59,117 nt of DNA, taken from positions 62,001-121,117 of the forward strand of contig JALDZX010000061.1 of the NCBI GenBank assembly GCA_022813865.1, written 5' to 3'. The stretch comes from Xylographa opegraphella (taxonomy: Eukaryota). The notes under the pieces are model-generated. The model was not told where the DNA came from. It did not search any database and saw only the letters and a program-made list of their open reading frames with translations. Both the position numbers and the translations under genes were made by a program. Of the stretch, positions 9,471 through 21,241 are shown piece after piece (position 1 is the stretch's first letter; the number at the start of each line of letters is the position of its first letter).

Positions 9471-12009
9471 CTATGTAATGTTCTTTTGAACTCCACCTCG
9501 TTGAGATTTCTGTTGTGCACTCTCATGTTTGCGAAGCTCCTCAGGTACACGAGATATGGAAGACTTCATGAGCATTTGCTTTAAGTCGTACCTGGAATTT
9601 GTTAGCGACTTCACAAGAAATCTGGGCGAAAGCAAGAGACTAACATAACATCCGAATCCTCATTTCCAAGGAAAGTGATGGCAACACCACTCTTGCCAGC
9701 ACGGCCTGTACGTCCAACACGATGGGTGTAGCTCTCGATATTTGTAGCCATGTTGAAGTTGACTACCAGACTCACGTCTGGTACATCTATACCGCGTCCC
9801 GCAAGATCCGTAGCCACCAAAACATCGGTAGTACCGTTACGAACGGAAGCCAGCGCGGCCTCTCTTTGTTCTTGAGTCTTGCTGCCGTGTAGTGTGACAG
9901 AAGTGAAGCCCATATGCTTGATGTCCCGCGCAACAGCATCACAGTTCCTTTTGATGTTGACAAATACAATGATTGGAGGAGCAAATTCTCGCGACGATAG
10001 AATCTCCAGAAGTCTCTTTTTCCGCTTATCTTCGCCTGCCACAAATTCGACGCGTTGCTCGACAGTCTCAACGGCTTCACCAATATTGCCAATGGTGACA
10101 ATGGCAGGTCTTCGGAGGTACTTCCTGGCTATACGTTCAACGGCAGTCGGCATAGTAGCTGTGTACATCATTGTCTGCCTATAACGGTCTTTACCACCCA
10201 AAGATTGGCTCATAACAACAGCATCCTCGGCTTCCTCTGAATCCGGCTTCATATTGGCAACAGGCAGTGCATCTAAAATCTTGTTGACCGGCTCCTCAAA
10301 ACCCAAGTCGATCATGCGGTCAGCTTCATCCATGATGACATAACAGCACTGTCCAAGCACAAGCACCCTCCTCTCGATACAGTCAACCAATCGACCTGGC
10401 GTTGCAATAATGATCTCTGCGCCGTCTCGCAGGTTGTAAGCCTGCTCTTCAAGCGAATGTCCTCCAACTATGCTAACACAAGTAAAACCAAGAGGAGTAG
10501 CGAACTTTTTAGCTTCAATCTCGATTTGTTGAGCCAATTCACGAGTAGGGGCAAGAATGATCGCGTACGGGCCATCGTTCTTGGTCAACTCATTCAGCGG
10601 AGGTAGCTCAGAAATGTAGACGAGAAGTGGCAGTAAAAACGCAGCAGTTTTACCAGATCCAGTGACTGCTACACCGATAAGATCTCGAGACTGTAAAGCG
10701 ATCGGTATAGCAGCACGTTGTACAGCAGATGGCTCGGTATATCCTACTTGATCCACAACATCCAAAAGTCGTTTCGGAAGACCGGACTCAACCCATGATC
10801 GCATAGGATTTGGTATAGAGCCACCCTTCGTACTTATATTGTAATCTTCCTTGAAAATCCTCCAATCTCGTTCGCGCATATGTTCGAGCTTCTTCTCACT
10901 CCAATGCTTGTCGATAGAACTTCGTCCACCTTCTTCTTTCCTCCTCCGCTCCATTTCCAGCATTTCCCTGGCCCTGACACCGCCTGCCTCCGGGTCACGT
11001 TCTTCCAAAGCTCTGGCATACTTCATGGCAACACCATCGGCAAGATCTTCAGCGAATCCACCTAAGCGACCCCTACCATAGAAATTCGCTTCCGCACGAG
11101 CTTGGTATAATGGATTATAGTCAGGACTTGTGTCTTCCTCAGTATTCCACTCGAAATTGAATTTCTTCTCGGTCGTACGCCTCCTTTTCTTCTTGGCGGA
11201 GAAGGTAGACTGGTTTTGCTCCGCACCCATATAGCGTTGTCGTATCAGCGCCGCTTGTGCCTCCTCAGTGGCAGGCCGTTTCTCTACTTTCCCAGTCCCG
11301 CCATTTGAGGTACCATTGACAGAAGGTCTGGGGGAAGGTGGCGGAGCCATATCGTACCCTTTGTTCGGTAATGAGGCTCGCATGGCAGCAGGGCCAGTAG
11401 GTATCTCCCCAACTCGTAGCGCACGAGGTCCCGTCGGTATCGACAGAGATCCGGCTCCATTGACGGGCATGGTTGATGGAGGTAATGAGCCGTGACCATT
11501 CTGCTTTGGAATGGATGTTTTCCCGTTTGTGGTCGGCTTCGTTGCGATCTTCTCGGCCTCGACCTTCTTCTTCTGGTCCTCTATCTCCTTCGCGCGTCTC
11601 TCAAGGGCTAACTTCTCTCGTTGGGCTTTCGACAAGAATTTGGGCTAGAATGTCCACACCATTAGTAGGGTTCGCATAGGTACTAGAATATGAGTGACGT
11701 GAATAAAGATATCTTCAAGATGGGTATGGCGTTTAGACATACTTTCGCAGCTGCCTCATCAGCTTCCCGCTTCTTTCTCAGAATTTCTTCAACGCTGAGA
11801 GGCTGTCGAGCGCTGGAAGCCCATCCCGACTTCTTCCTTTTGACCTCTACTGGTGGAGGAGGAGGCGGTACATCACTGCCGGGCGGAGGTGGCGGAGGAA
11901 GGTCTTCTGGTGGCGGAGGAGGAGCTATGTATTCTGGAGGTGGAGGAGGGGCTAGATCCATAGGGGGAGGTGGCGGAATAACGTCGCCGTTGGTGAGATG
12001 TTCATTCAT
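9471..12009 (-). CDS. PRP28: Pre-mRNA splicing DEAD-box helicase Prp28 (~795 aa)
   Basis: Exons 12009-11743, 11644-9645, 9591-9471 (2388 nt). Motifs AVTGSGKT, PTRELA, DEAD, TAT, HRVGRTGRAG. Prp28-specific KFNFEW..EDTS and HWSEKKL..MRERDWRIFKED; Pro-rich N-terminus. Confidence 0.96.
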
Positions 12010-12478
12010 GATCTCGAAAACCGGAGCGATGAAGAAGAATTGTGGAGTGAAAAGAGGATCCCTGGAACCATGGGGCCTTGAAATGATCGAGGTGATGTAT
12101 GGTTAACGAAACAAACTTACTAACTGTATGTTATTACAAGGGCGCTCTCGTGCAAGACCTCGTTATCCTATCCTAAGCCAAGTTAAGGTTAGGGCCTAGG
12201 ACTAGTCGCTCGTTTTACCAATTGATCTTTGGGGCTAACGACTAGGAACGCAATTGTCAACCCCACAGAGCACCACACATCGTACGTATGTACTGACGGG
12301 CTGGCCAGACGATTTCCTATCTCTTGTTGTATTTGCAAGAGTCCTTGACCGGTTTCAACAGTTCCTAGGTCGTAGATTTAGACGAGAATTTCGGTTGTCC
12401 AGAGGGTATCTCCGCAGCGTTGTCTAGCCTGACTCGCTTGGCGCCTGCAAGTTCTCTATATTACGAAGTATTGAAGCA

Positions 12479-14415
12479 ATGCCTGCATTCCGTGTGTCAG
12501 TGCTTGCTACTGTCTTCCATCTTGTGCTTTGCCAGTTCTTTCAGCAAGGAGCACCGAATGGTACTGATGACCTGGCTACGTCTCAAGTTCTAGAGACACC
12601 ATTTCCGTACTATTTTCCAGAGCACAATCGCACCTCCGGCTTATTTCCCATGGAAACATGCAATGGTATTACATTGGAGGAAGCTACAATCGACCAGCTT
12701 CAAGATTATATGAGTAATGGCAAGCTTACTACATCTCAACTAGTTATGTGTTACTTGCAGAGACAGTATCAAACAGATGGCTATGTTGAGTATGTGCCTT
12801 GTCGACTTATATATTGCGATTAATGTAACTAACGCGTAGTTTCAGCGCTGTATTGCAAATTAATCCTGATTTCATATCCATTGCTACAACGCTTGATGCT
12901 GAAAGAGCTGCAGGCAAAGTCCGAGGGCCACTTCATGGTATACCTTTTCTTATCAAGGATAATATTGCCTCGAAGGACAAAATGGAAACTACTGCTGGTA
13001 GCTGGGCTTTAGTCGGGAGTATTGTACCCAGGGATGCACATGTTGTATCAATGCTTCGTGAAGCTGGTGCCTTGCTTATGGGCAAGGCCACACTTAGCGA
13101 GTGGGCAGATATGCGTAGCAATAACTACTCAGAAGGCTATTCTGCTAGAGGCGGACAAGCGAGAAGCGCCTATAATTTGACTGTCAATCCCGGGGGAAGC
13201 AGCTCTGGAAGTGCAATTGCTGTGTCTGTCAACCAGATTATGTTCGCCTTAGGTACTGAGACTGATGGCAGTGGTACCAATCCCTTAATCTGTTTGTGGA
13301 ATCGTATTGATCTGTGATTTCGCTAGTAATCAATCCGGCAGAAAGAAATGCTATCGTGGGGATCAAGCCTACTGTTGGACTCACTTCGAGAGCAGGGTTG
13401 GTAGAACGAATAAATTGAGATCACCTAGAACTGACACGGTAGTAGTGTTATCCCGGAAAGTATCCACCAGGATACTGTGGGTACGTTTGCTCGTACTGTT
13501 CGTGATGCTGTCTATGTGCTTGACGCTATATATGGACCCGATTCTCGCGACAATTATACAGCGGCGCAGATCGGGAAGACGCCGGAGAATGGTTATGTGG
13601 AGTATGTCACGGATAAGTCTGCGCTTGAAGGCGCCGTCTTTGGTTTGCCATGGCAGAGTTTTTGGGCGCTCAACGATCCAGCACAGAATGAGCAGCTTGT
13701 AGCACTTATGCAGCTCCTTGAGAGGGCCGGAGCAACTATAATCAACGGCACTGAGCTACCAAATTATCGGACAATCGTGAGCCCCGATGGATGGGATTGG
13801 GATTATGGTAGTACACGTGGCTTTGCTAACGAGTCGGAATATACTGTTGTCAAAGTCGATTTTTACAACAACATCGCGGCTTACTTGTCCGAATTAGAAA
13901 ACACAAATATCAAGTCACTTGCGGACTTGGTACAGTACAACAACGATAACCTCGGCTCCGAAGGGGGCGCTCCAGCCATCAATCCAGCATTCGGATCTGG
14001 CCAGGATGGCTTCATTGCTTCACTTGCAACTGGCGGTATCATGAACGACACATATTGGCAAGCACTTGACTTCTGCCAGCGAATTACGAGGGAAGATGGA
14101 ATTGATGCTGCTCTAAATTACTTCAACAATGGTACCAAACTTGATGCACTCCTGGTACCTCCAGATGTTGGACAGACCTATCAGGTCGCTGCTCAAGCGG
14201 GGTATCCCATGATCACTGTTCCTGCCGGAGTGAACGCGGTTTCTCTTATGCCGTTTGGACTTGCACTGATGAACACAGCATTTTCGGAAGCGACCCTCAT
14301 CAGATATGCGTCGGCTATCGAGGATTTACAGTTCTCGTCCGGGACAATGCAGCGCAGGACATTGCCCTCTTGGTCAGGGTATCTGGATAGAAATATACCT
14401 CTCATCAATGCATGA
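12479..14415 (+). CDS. Secreted amidase-signature family protein (~592 aa)
   Basis: Exons 12479-12789, 12846-13273, 13327-13396, 13446-14415 (1779 nt). N-terminal signal peptide; GPLHGIPFLIKDN (catalytic Lys), GGSSSGS, GTETDGSVINPA, GIKPTVGLTSRAGVIP. Confidence 0.92.
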
Positions 14416-15799
14416 GCCGTATTAGCAGGAATGTAGGCTGACAAGCAATATCCAGTGAGCTATATAGAAGTTAGCCAACCCAAGTTACACTGCCAAATTA
14501 CCAGAGGGATAGAACCCATTTGTATTCTCTTTTCACGCCCAGGAGTTCCGCATCAGCCGGCAGCCTCGACCTCGCGCTCGGTCGAATGTCGATCTCTTTA
14601 GTCAGTGGCACTGGAACGTCGTGCTTGTCACAGGTGCAAGCAGTTGTATTGGCAAAGCCTTGGGCAGGCCTTACCGGAGTTGCTGCCGGAGTGATTTTCA
14701 TTATTGGTCGAGCGGAAGCGATTCTTCTGCATGCGATGGCAAATACTGGAGAAGCTGGTACAGGGAGTTGTAGCTTAGGCCACCAACCCCGTTGTTGTCC
14801 GCACCTTTGCCGTGGACGTCCTGGAAATCAAAGTCATTGAAGCAACGTTCTCCGCTGTGCGAGAGGAGCTACACCTCCCGGTATCCCGGTCAGTCATGTT
14901 GGCTACCTTTAGGCGAGCATTTCCCTGTCACAGTATCCCCCCTTGGTGACTGCTGGCACGTATTCGAGATCAACGTGAAGGGATGCTTCATCGTCACCTA
15001 GGAACTCCTGAACAGTGCTGCGATCATGTCCAGTCAATGTTATGTCTACGTGCCGTATCACATACTTTCCTGGATATTTCGGCTATGCAGTCACTACGAC
15101 AACGTCTTAGCAGAGAGAACCAGTGCTGGAGGATTTCGACCTGCAAGTAGACCTTACCGAGACGGATATCACTCGGAAGGGCCACTCTGGTGTGACATAA
15201 TAGTAGTGTATAACATATATAGGATACTCTATGTTCCAAGTTCGGTAATTCATTGTTATAGAAGGAAAGTAGAAGGACTTCCTGATATTTAGGCTTCTAG
15301 AATGCTCACAAGGGCATTATATCATTAGATTACCTAGCAGTGTCTCTCATGCAAGAATGGTCTCAACTTGTAGGGCGTCGAGCTCACTTTTATACTGCCC
15401 GTAAAGATCAGATAGTTTTGATATGATGTTACCATGGTCAGGGAATGTCATCTTACAAGCGCACTGATGCAACAGTGTTTCGAGCTCGGTGTTGTACCTT
15501 ACATGAAATATTAAGCATAGTAGTTTGTACATTTCGTTCCACGTGGTAGATTTCAATAAGTAAGAAATGTTTGACCCATTTGATCGAGTTCTATTCTTGG
15601 GATTCTACCTCCGTATATCAATCACCTTTGGTCATCTAACATAGCGTATCTAGCGGCTAACAACGGCTAGGATAGGGTTAGAAATTTAGGTAGGATGCTT
15701 CATCGATAGCGGATAAATGTTTTACCGACGTGTGTACCTAGCATAATCAGCTTTCCAATTCGAGGATTATGAGCATCACGAAGTGTACCTTGACCCACG

Positions 15800-16386
15800 A
15801 TGAGTGCACAGCTCAAGCATGTCGAACTAGCAAAGTCGTTACCATCTCGACTGTTACGATTCTTCGCGCGATTTCCTCCGCCAGCGCTTTCGAGCTCCGC
15901 ATCTACCACCCTCAATACCTCGTTATCAGATCCTAATGCAAACCTCAGCGAGGAATCTGGCCAATCGGTCGACACACCTCCTGCTTACGAAAACCCGTTC
16001 CGGAATACCAAAAATACCATGACTGGCAAATGGCATGATCCCATCTACTCGTTACGAAGGCAGGCAGATCTTGTGAAGTTGGCTGAGGCTCATGGGGTAC
16101 AAGAGCTCCTGCCTTTTTCTACGAAAGCGCTTGAGGAGAGAACGAGAAAGAGAGAAGAGTTTGGTCTGCGCGTCAAAGGTACTGGGGTGGGACAGAGAGT
16201 GAAGGGCAAATGGTGGGAGAGGAATATGAGAGGACGTCTTGACAAGAGGAGGCAGGCTATGCTGGACATGCCCCAGATGATTCAAACGTGGAAACAAGTA
16301 AGTATCCTTCTTTGTATCGTCGAATGCTATTCTGACACGATGTTCAGCTTGGCCGTGGTCGTGGATGGAAGAAATTCCCAAAATGA
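15800..16386 (+). CDS. MRPL25: Mitochondrial large-subunit ribosomal protein mL59 (~178 aa)
   Basis: Exons 15800-16297 and 16348-16386. LP.RLLRFFARFPP, NPF...KN..TGKWHDP.YSLRRQADLVKLA, RVKGTGVGQRVKGK.WER, C-terminal GRGWKKFPK. Confidence 0.9.
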
Positions 16387-17032
16387 GATCCGGAACTTTT
16401 GAAGGGATAGAAAGAGTCCATGATAGAGAGTGAAGGAGCTGTGTAATCTTCAACGCAATTGGCCTACCTCATGGACTAGGATTTAGCATAGCTTAAATAG
16501 GCGTTATATGGAGTGGTGACTCGCAGTGGGATGACCGCCAAATTCGAATATAGCCGTCAGACGCAGAAGTCCTTACATAAGTCAATCTACTTTCACAGCA
16601 ATCGTCTCATTATGTACATGAATCTGAGAACACGCCGTTTGTTGCCGACTCAAGTCAAGGTTGTCAATTTTGCACATCAATGAATGTACCGTCATACATA
16701 TGGCAGAGAAACCCATTACAACTCGAATGAGAAGGTAATTCGCCTCAAACATGCGGATGTTCCATCTAGCATATCCGAAGCGGAGTAAGACACCGGAGGT
16801 CCGTCAACAACTCGAGTGAGGAACAGCGAATTGTTGGAAGGTGGACTGGATTGCGGTGATGAAAGAACTCCGAACACCGGATTCTTCGTGAACGGGAGGA
16901 TTTGCAGCCAGCTTGGTAGTGGCACTAGGCCGAAGAGGGAAGGAATCAAACATCCGAGACTTACTCATGATACACAAGCCAAGTTAGCAGGACGTAGGAC
17001 CTCGCCATATAAAACAAGATATTAGGCAGCGA

Positions 17033-20000
17033 ATGGTTCACATGAGACCGAAAGCAAGTCATCTTGCAGCCTGCTCTAGAAATCTGAGATTTAAAGCTCC
17101 ACTGCCGTCTCCTGTACATCTTCGAGTATCATTCTCGACACTCAGACACTATAATATTGCAAGTCAACCTAAATTGCTCGCAATCCCGTCAAAGTATCGA
17201 TATTCGCCGTTCATAAGCCTACAGAGTATACGACACTGTTCGCACCAACGAAGTATGTGCAGAAACAGTGCGGACGGTTCGGGAGCTGCCATGGTAACCA
17301 AGGCAAGAGAGGTCTTGCCTACCAATGTCAGGCCCTTGCATTACGACTTGACTCTGGAGCCCGACTTCGAAAAGTTCACCTTTGAGGGGAAAGTTGTTAT
17401 TGAGTAAGCCCGACAGACTTTCCTCCGATATCCAACATCTTAGAATCTACGACAAACTCCACCGGCCTATATATGTAGTGCTATGCTGATCTGATTGTCC
17501 TCGCAGTCTCGACGTCAAAGAGGAGACCACCTCCATATCCCTCAATGCTTTGGAGATCGAAATACACTCGACCACAATCACGACTGGAGACACCCAAATC
17601 ACTTCATCTCCCAAAGTCAGCTTCAATGAGGCCAAGCAAACTGTTACCCTGTCCTTTGACAAAGCTATTGCGGCCGGCTCCAAGGCACAGTTGACACACA
17701 CGTTCACAGGAAGCCTCAATGATAAGATGGCTGGCTTTTATAGGTCCTCCTATAACCATCCAGACGGCACCACCCACTGGATGGCAACCACGCAGATGGA
17801 GGCTACCGATGCAAGAAGGGCTCTTCCCTGCTTTGATGAACCTGCACTGAAAGCAACTTACACAGTGACGTTGATCGCTGATAAAGGGCTTACATGCATA
17901 AGTAATATGGATGTTGCCTTTGAGAAAGAGGTTGTTTCAAAACTTTCAGGAGGCAAGAAGAAGGCTGTCACGTTCAACAAAACTCCTTTGATGTCAACAT
18001 ATCTCCTAGCCTTCATAGTTGGAGAGCTCAAGTATATAGAATCGAACAGCTTTAGAGTGCCTGTGAGAGTATACGCGACTCCGGACAAGGACATCGAGCA
18101 CGGAAGATTTTCTTTGGAGCTTGCTGCGAAAACGCTTGAATTCTACGAAAAAACTTTCGACAGTCCATTTCCGCTACCGAAGATGGACATGGCTGCTATC
18201 CCGGATTTCAGCGCTGGCGCTATGGAAAACTGGGGTCTCATAACTTATCGGGTTGTTGATCTCCTTTTCGATGAAAACACCAGCGGTGCATCTATGAAGG
18301 AAAGAGTCGCGGAAGTTGTCCAGCACGAATTAGCACATCAGTGGTACGTTGAAGTATCTTGTCGATGTTGCGTGAAGAAGGCCCTCGAACTGACACACTG
18401 ATCCAGGTTTGGTAATCTGGTTACGATGGACTTTTGGGACGGTTTGTGGCTGAATGAAGGGTTCGCTACATGGATGAGCTGGTACTCCTGCAATAAATTT
18501 TATCCCCAGTGGAAAGTCTGGGAAAGTTATGTTACAGATTCCTTATCCATGGCTCTGTCGCTAGACTCTTTACGAAGCAGCCATCCTATTGAAGTGCCTG
18601 TTAGTCGTGCGGACGAGATCAACGAGATTTTCGATGCGATCTCCTACTCCAAGGGTTCGTCTGTAATTCGCATGATATCCAAGTACTTGGGTGAGGACGT
18701 TTTTATGGAGGGAATCCGGCAGTATCTCAAGAAGCACGCGTACGGCAACACGCAAACCAGCGACCTGTGGGCCGCTTTAAGTGATGCAAGTGGCAAGCCG
18801 GTCGGTAAAACCATGGATATCTGGACAAAGAATATTGGATACCCTGTCGTGACAGTCACGGAGAACGAGAGCGCCAAGAGTATCAACATAAAGCAAAACC
18901 GGTTCCTCAGGACCGGTGATGTAAAACCAGAGGAGGACAAGACTTTGTTCCCTGTTTTCCTAGGTTTGCGGACGAAGGACGGAGTAAATGAAGATCTTGT
19001 CTTATCGGGTCGCGAGCAAGACTTTGACATACCAAGTCTTGACTTCTTCAAGGTCAATGCTGAACACTCTGGGATCTACCGCACATCGTACACTCCAGCA
19101 CGTCTAGAGAAGCTCGGTCAAGCTGCTAAGCAGGGTCTATTACCGGTTGAAGATCGTGCTGGTATGATCGCTGATGCTGGTGCCCTTGCTGCCTCCGGCT
19201 ACCAGAAGACCTCGGGCCTGCTGAATTTATTGAAGAGTTTCGGGGACGAGCCCGAATTTGTTGTCTGGGGAGAGATCCTCAGTCGGATCTCTGGGATCCG
19301 TGCCGCCTGGGCGTTTGAGGACGAACAGGTGAATTCTATTCCACAACCCAGAGACAAAGCCTCAAAACGTACTAACAAATAACCAGACGAGAGAAGCGCT
19401 CAAGACTTTCCAACGCAACCTCGTCTCTTCGAAAGCCCATGCCAAGGGCTGGACTTTTACCGAAAACGAAGACCACATCCAAGCGCAATTCAAGGCTCTC
19501 CTCTTCGGCAATGCCGGCCTCTCCGGCGACCTCGAAGTGATCTCCGCCGCCCAGGCCATGTTCAAAGCCTTCGCTGCCGGCGACCGCAAGGCCATCCACC
19601 CCAACATCCGTGGCAGCGTGTACGGGATCGCGCTGCAGAACGGGGGCGAGAAAGAATACGAGATCTTGCTCAACGAGTTCCGCACCACCAAAGACGCCGA
19701 CGAGAAAAACACGGCGCTGCAGAGGCTTGGCCACGCGAAGGGCAAGGCGCTCCGCACGCGCACGCTCGCTCTGCCGCTGAGCAACGAGGTCAAGGCACAG
19801 GACTTCCACCTGCCGCTCATGGCGCTGCGCAACGACGCCGAGGGCATCGACATGCTGTGGGCCTGGTTCAAGGACAACTTCGAGGCCATCAAGCGCAAGT
19901 GCCCGCCCGCGCTCACGCTGCTGGGCTACGTCGTCACGGGCGCGACGTCGAGCTTCACGCGCAAGGAGCACATCCGCGCCATCGAGCACTTCTTCGAGGG

Positions 20001-20142
20001 TAAGGACCGCACCGGCTTCGAGAAGAAGCTCGAGCAGAGCCTGGATGGCGTGCGGGCCAAGAGCAGCTGGTTGGAGAGGGATGGGGAGGACGTCAAGGCC
20101 TGGCTGCACGGCGAGGGTCTGCTCAAGGGGGAGAAGCTGTAG
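17033..20142 (+). CDS. APE2: M1-family zinc aminopeptidase (Ape2/Aap1 type, ~961 aa from first ATG)
   Basis: Exons 17033-17403, 17507-18343, 18407-19328, 19387-20142 (2886 nt). [46 protein letters not shown]1-like C-terminus. Alternative in-frame ATGs at 17042, 17255 and 17291. Confidence 0.94.
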
Positions 20143-21241
20143 CTGTGCGTCGGTGGCTCCGTTGCGCGGGATACCTTGTGTCGCTTTACCCGGCTTGGGT
20201 GAGCCCGTGACTGATGCCAGGGCTCGGAATGTTTGTATAGCTTATATTTAGTGTATCAGTAGATCTTATATTGGGAGCCGGGCGGCAGAAAATCAACACA
20301 CATTCTCTTCTATTCCGTCAGGTGTCGCTTCGCTTGCAATCCGTCGGAGTGTAGGAAGCTAGCTAGCTGGATTCTGTGTGAAATATCCTCACGATTTTTG
20401 TCTCGCTCCCGATTTATCTGTCGACCGCTCTGGCGGCGGCAGCTGCATCGCGCCAGTCGATCGGCACGGGCTGGGGAATTACGATTGTCAAAGTTGCATT
20501 GTTAGAGTGTGAGGCACTATCAAAAGCCGGCAGGTCACTTTCGTATAATGCCGCAAAAACTTTCCCAAAATGTCTTATAATCTTCTTCACGACGTGATAT
20601 TTCGTATCTAAACACCTCGACATTAACCCTTGGTCTCCACATCCTCCTCAACCTAAGTCACAGATCGTTCCCCTTCCCTCAATAGGTGTTCCACCCAACA
20701 GCTCCAGATCAGTCATTCTGAAAACTCCACATGTCAAAACTCCTGGCGAATGTCCCTGGTAGCAAGCCCCCTTTCTCCTCACTATATACGCCATGCCCGT
20801 CCAAAACGCATCCTCGCATCTACATAATGCTCGCGTCAATGGGGAATCATGATGGCCTCAGATGGGAAAAAAAAATAGAAAAGCCATGACTGACGCCTCC
20901 GAGCGCCTACCGTCCAAGGCGCGAGAGAACGCAGCATCCAGTGCCAAACGCCTCCGATTGCAGCGAATACGTAGAAGAGCCGAGTCGGAGTGTGAAAATG
21001 GGATGCCAAAGAACAAAACCTGATTGTACTGGAATAGAATATTATGCTCAATGGTTGCATGACGTGCATGACGCATTTTCTTCGTAGGAACGATTTCGCA
21101 CTGAGGTTGCAAGTCCACCAAGTCCGAGTGGCTTTTAGAAATCAAGCTCGGAAGCGAGATCGTCGAAAATCAATTCGACACGGGGTTGCCCAAGACTGCT
21201 AGATAATGCCACTGCTTCTAACTTTGATGTCCTGCATCGAT

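Noticed and set aside
11645..11742. Stwintron in PRP28 intron 1 (internal TAG overlapping a GTACCT donor-like site)
   Set aside because: [D1,2] needs a G before GTATGT (it is A) and [A2,3] needs a G after the final AG (it is C); neither reconstitutes a splice site.
12160..12205. Telomere-like GGTTAGGG/CCTAA motifs in the PRP28-amidase promoter (also TAGGGTTA near 15673)
   Set aside because: Single short copies; possibly promoter elements but not distinguishable from chance here, and not telomeric arrays.
14498..15556. Scattered minus-strand ORF pieces between the amidase and MRPL25 genes
   Set aside because: Frames are broken and no motif is recognisable; cannot support a gene or pseudogene call.
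19362..20109. Long antisense ORFs over APE2 exon 4 (and similar ones over DPH6, 29193-31226)
   Set aside because: By-products of high GC3 and strand skew on the coding strand; low-complexity translations.
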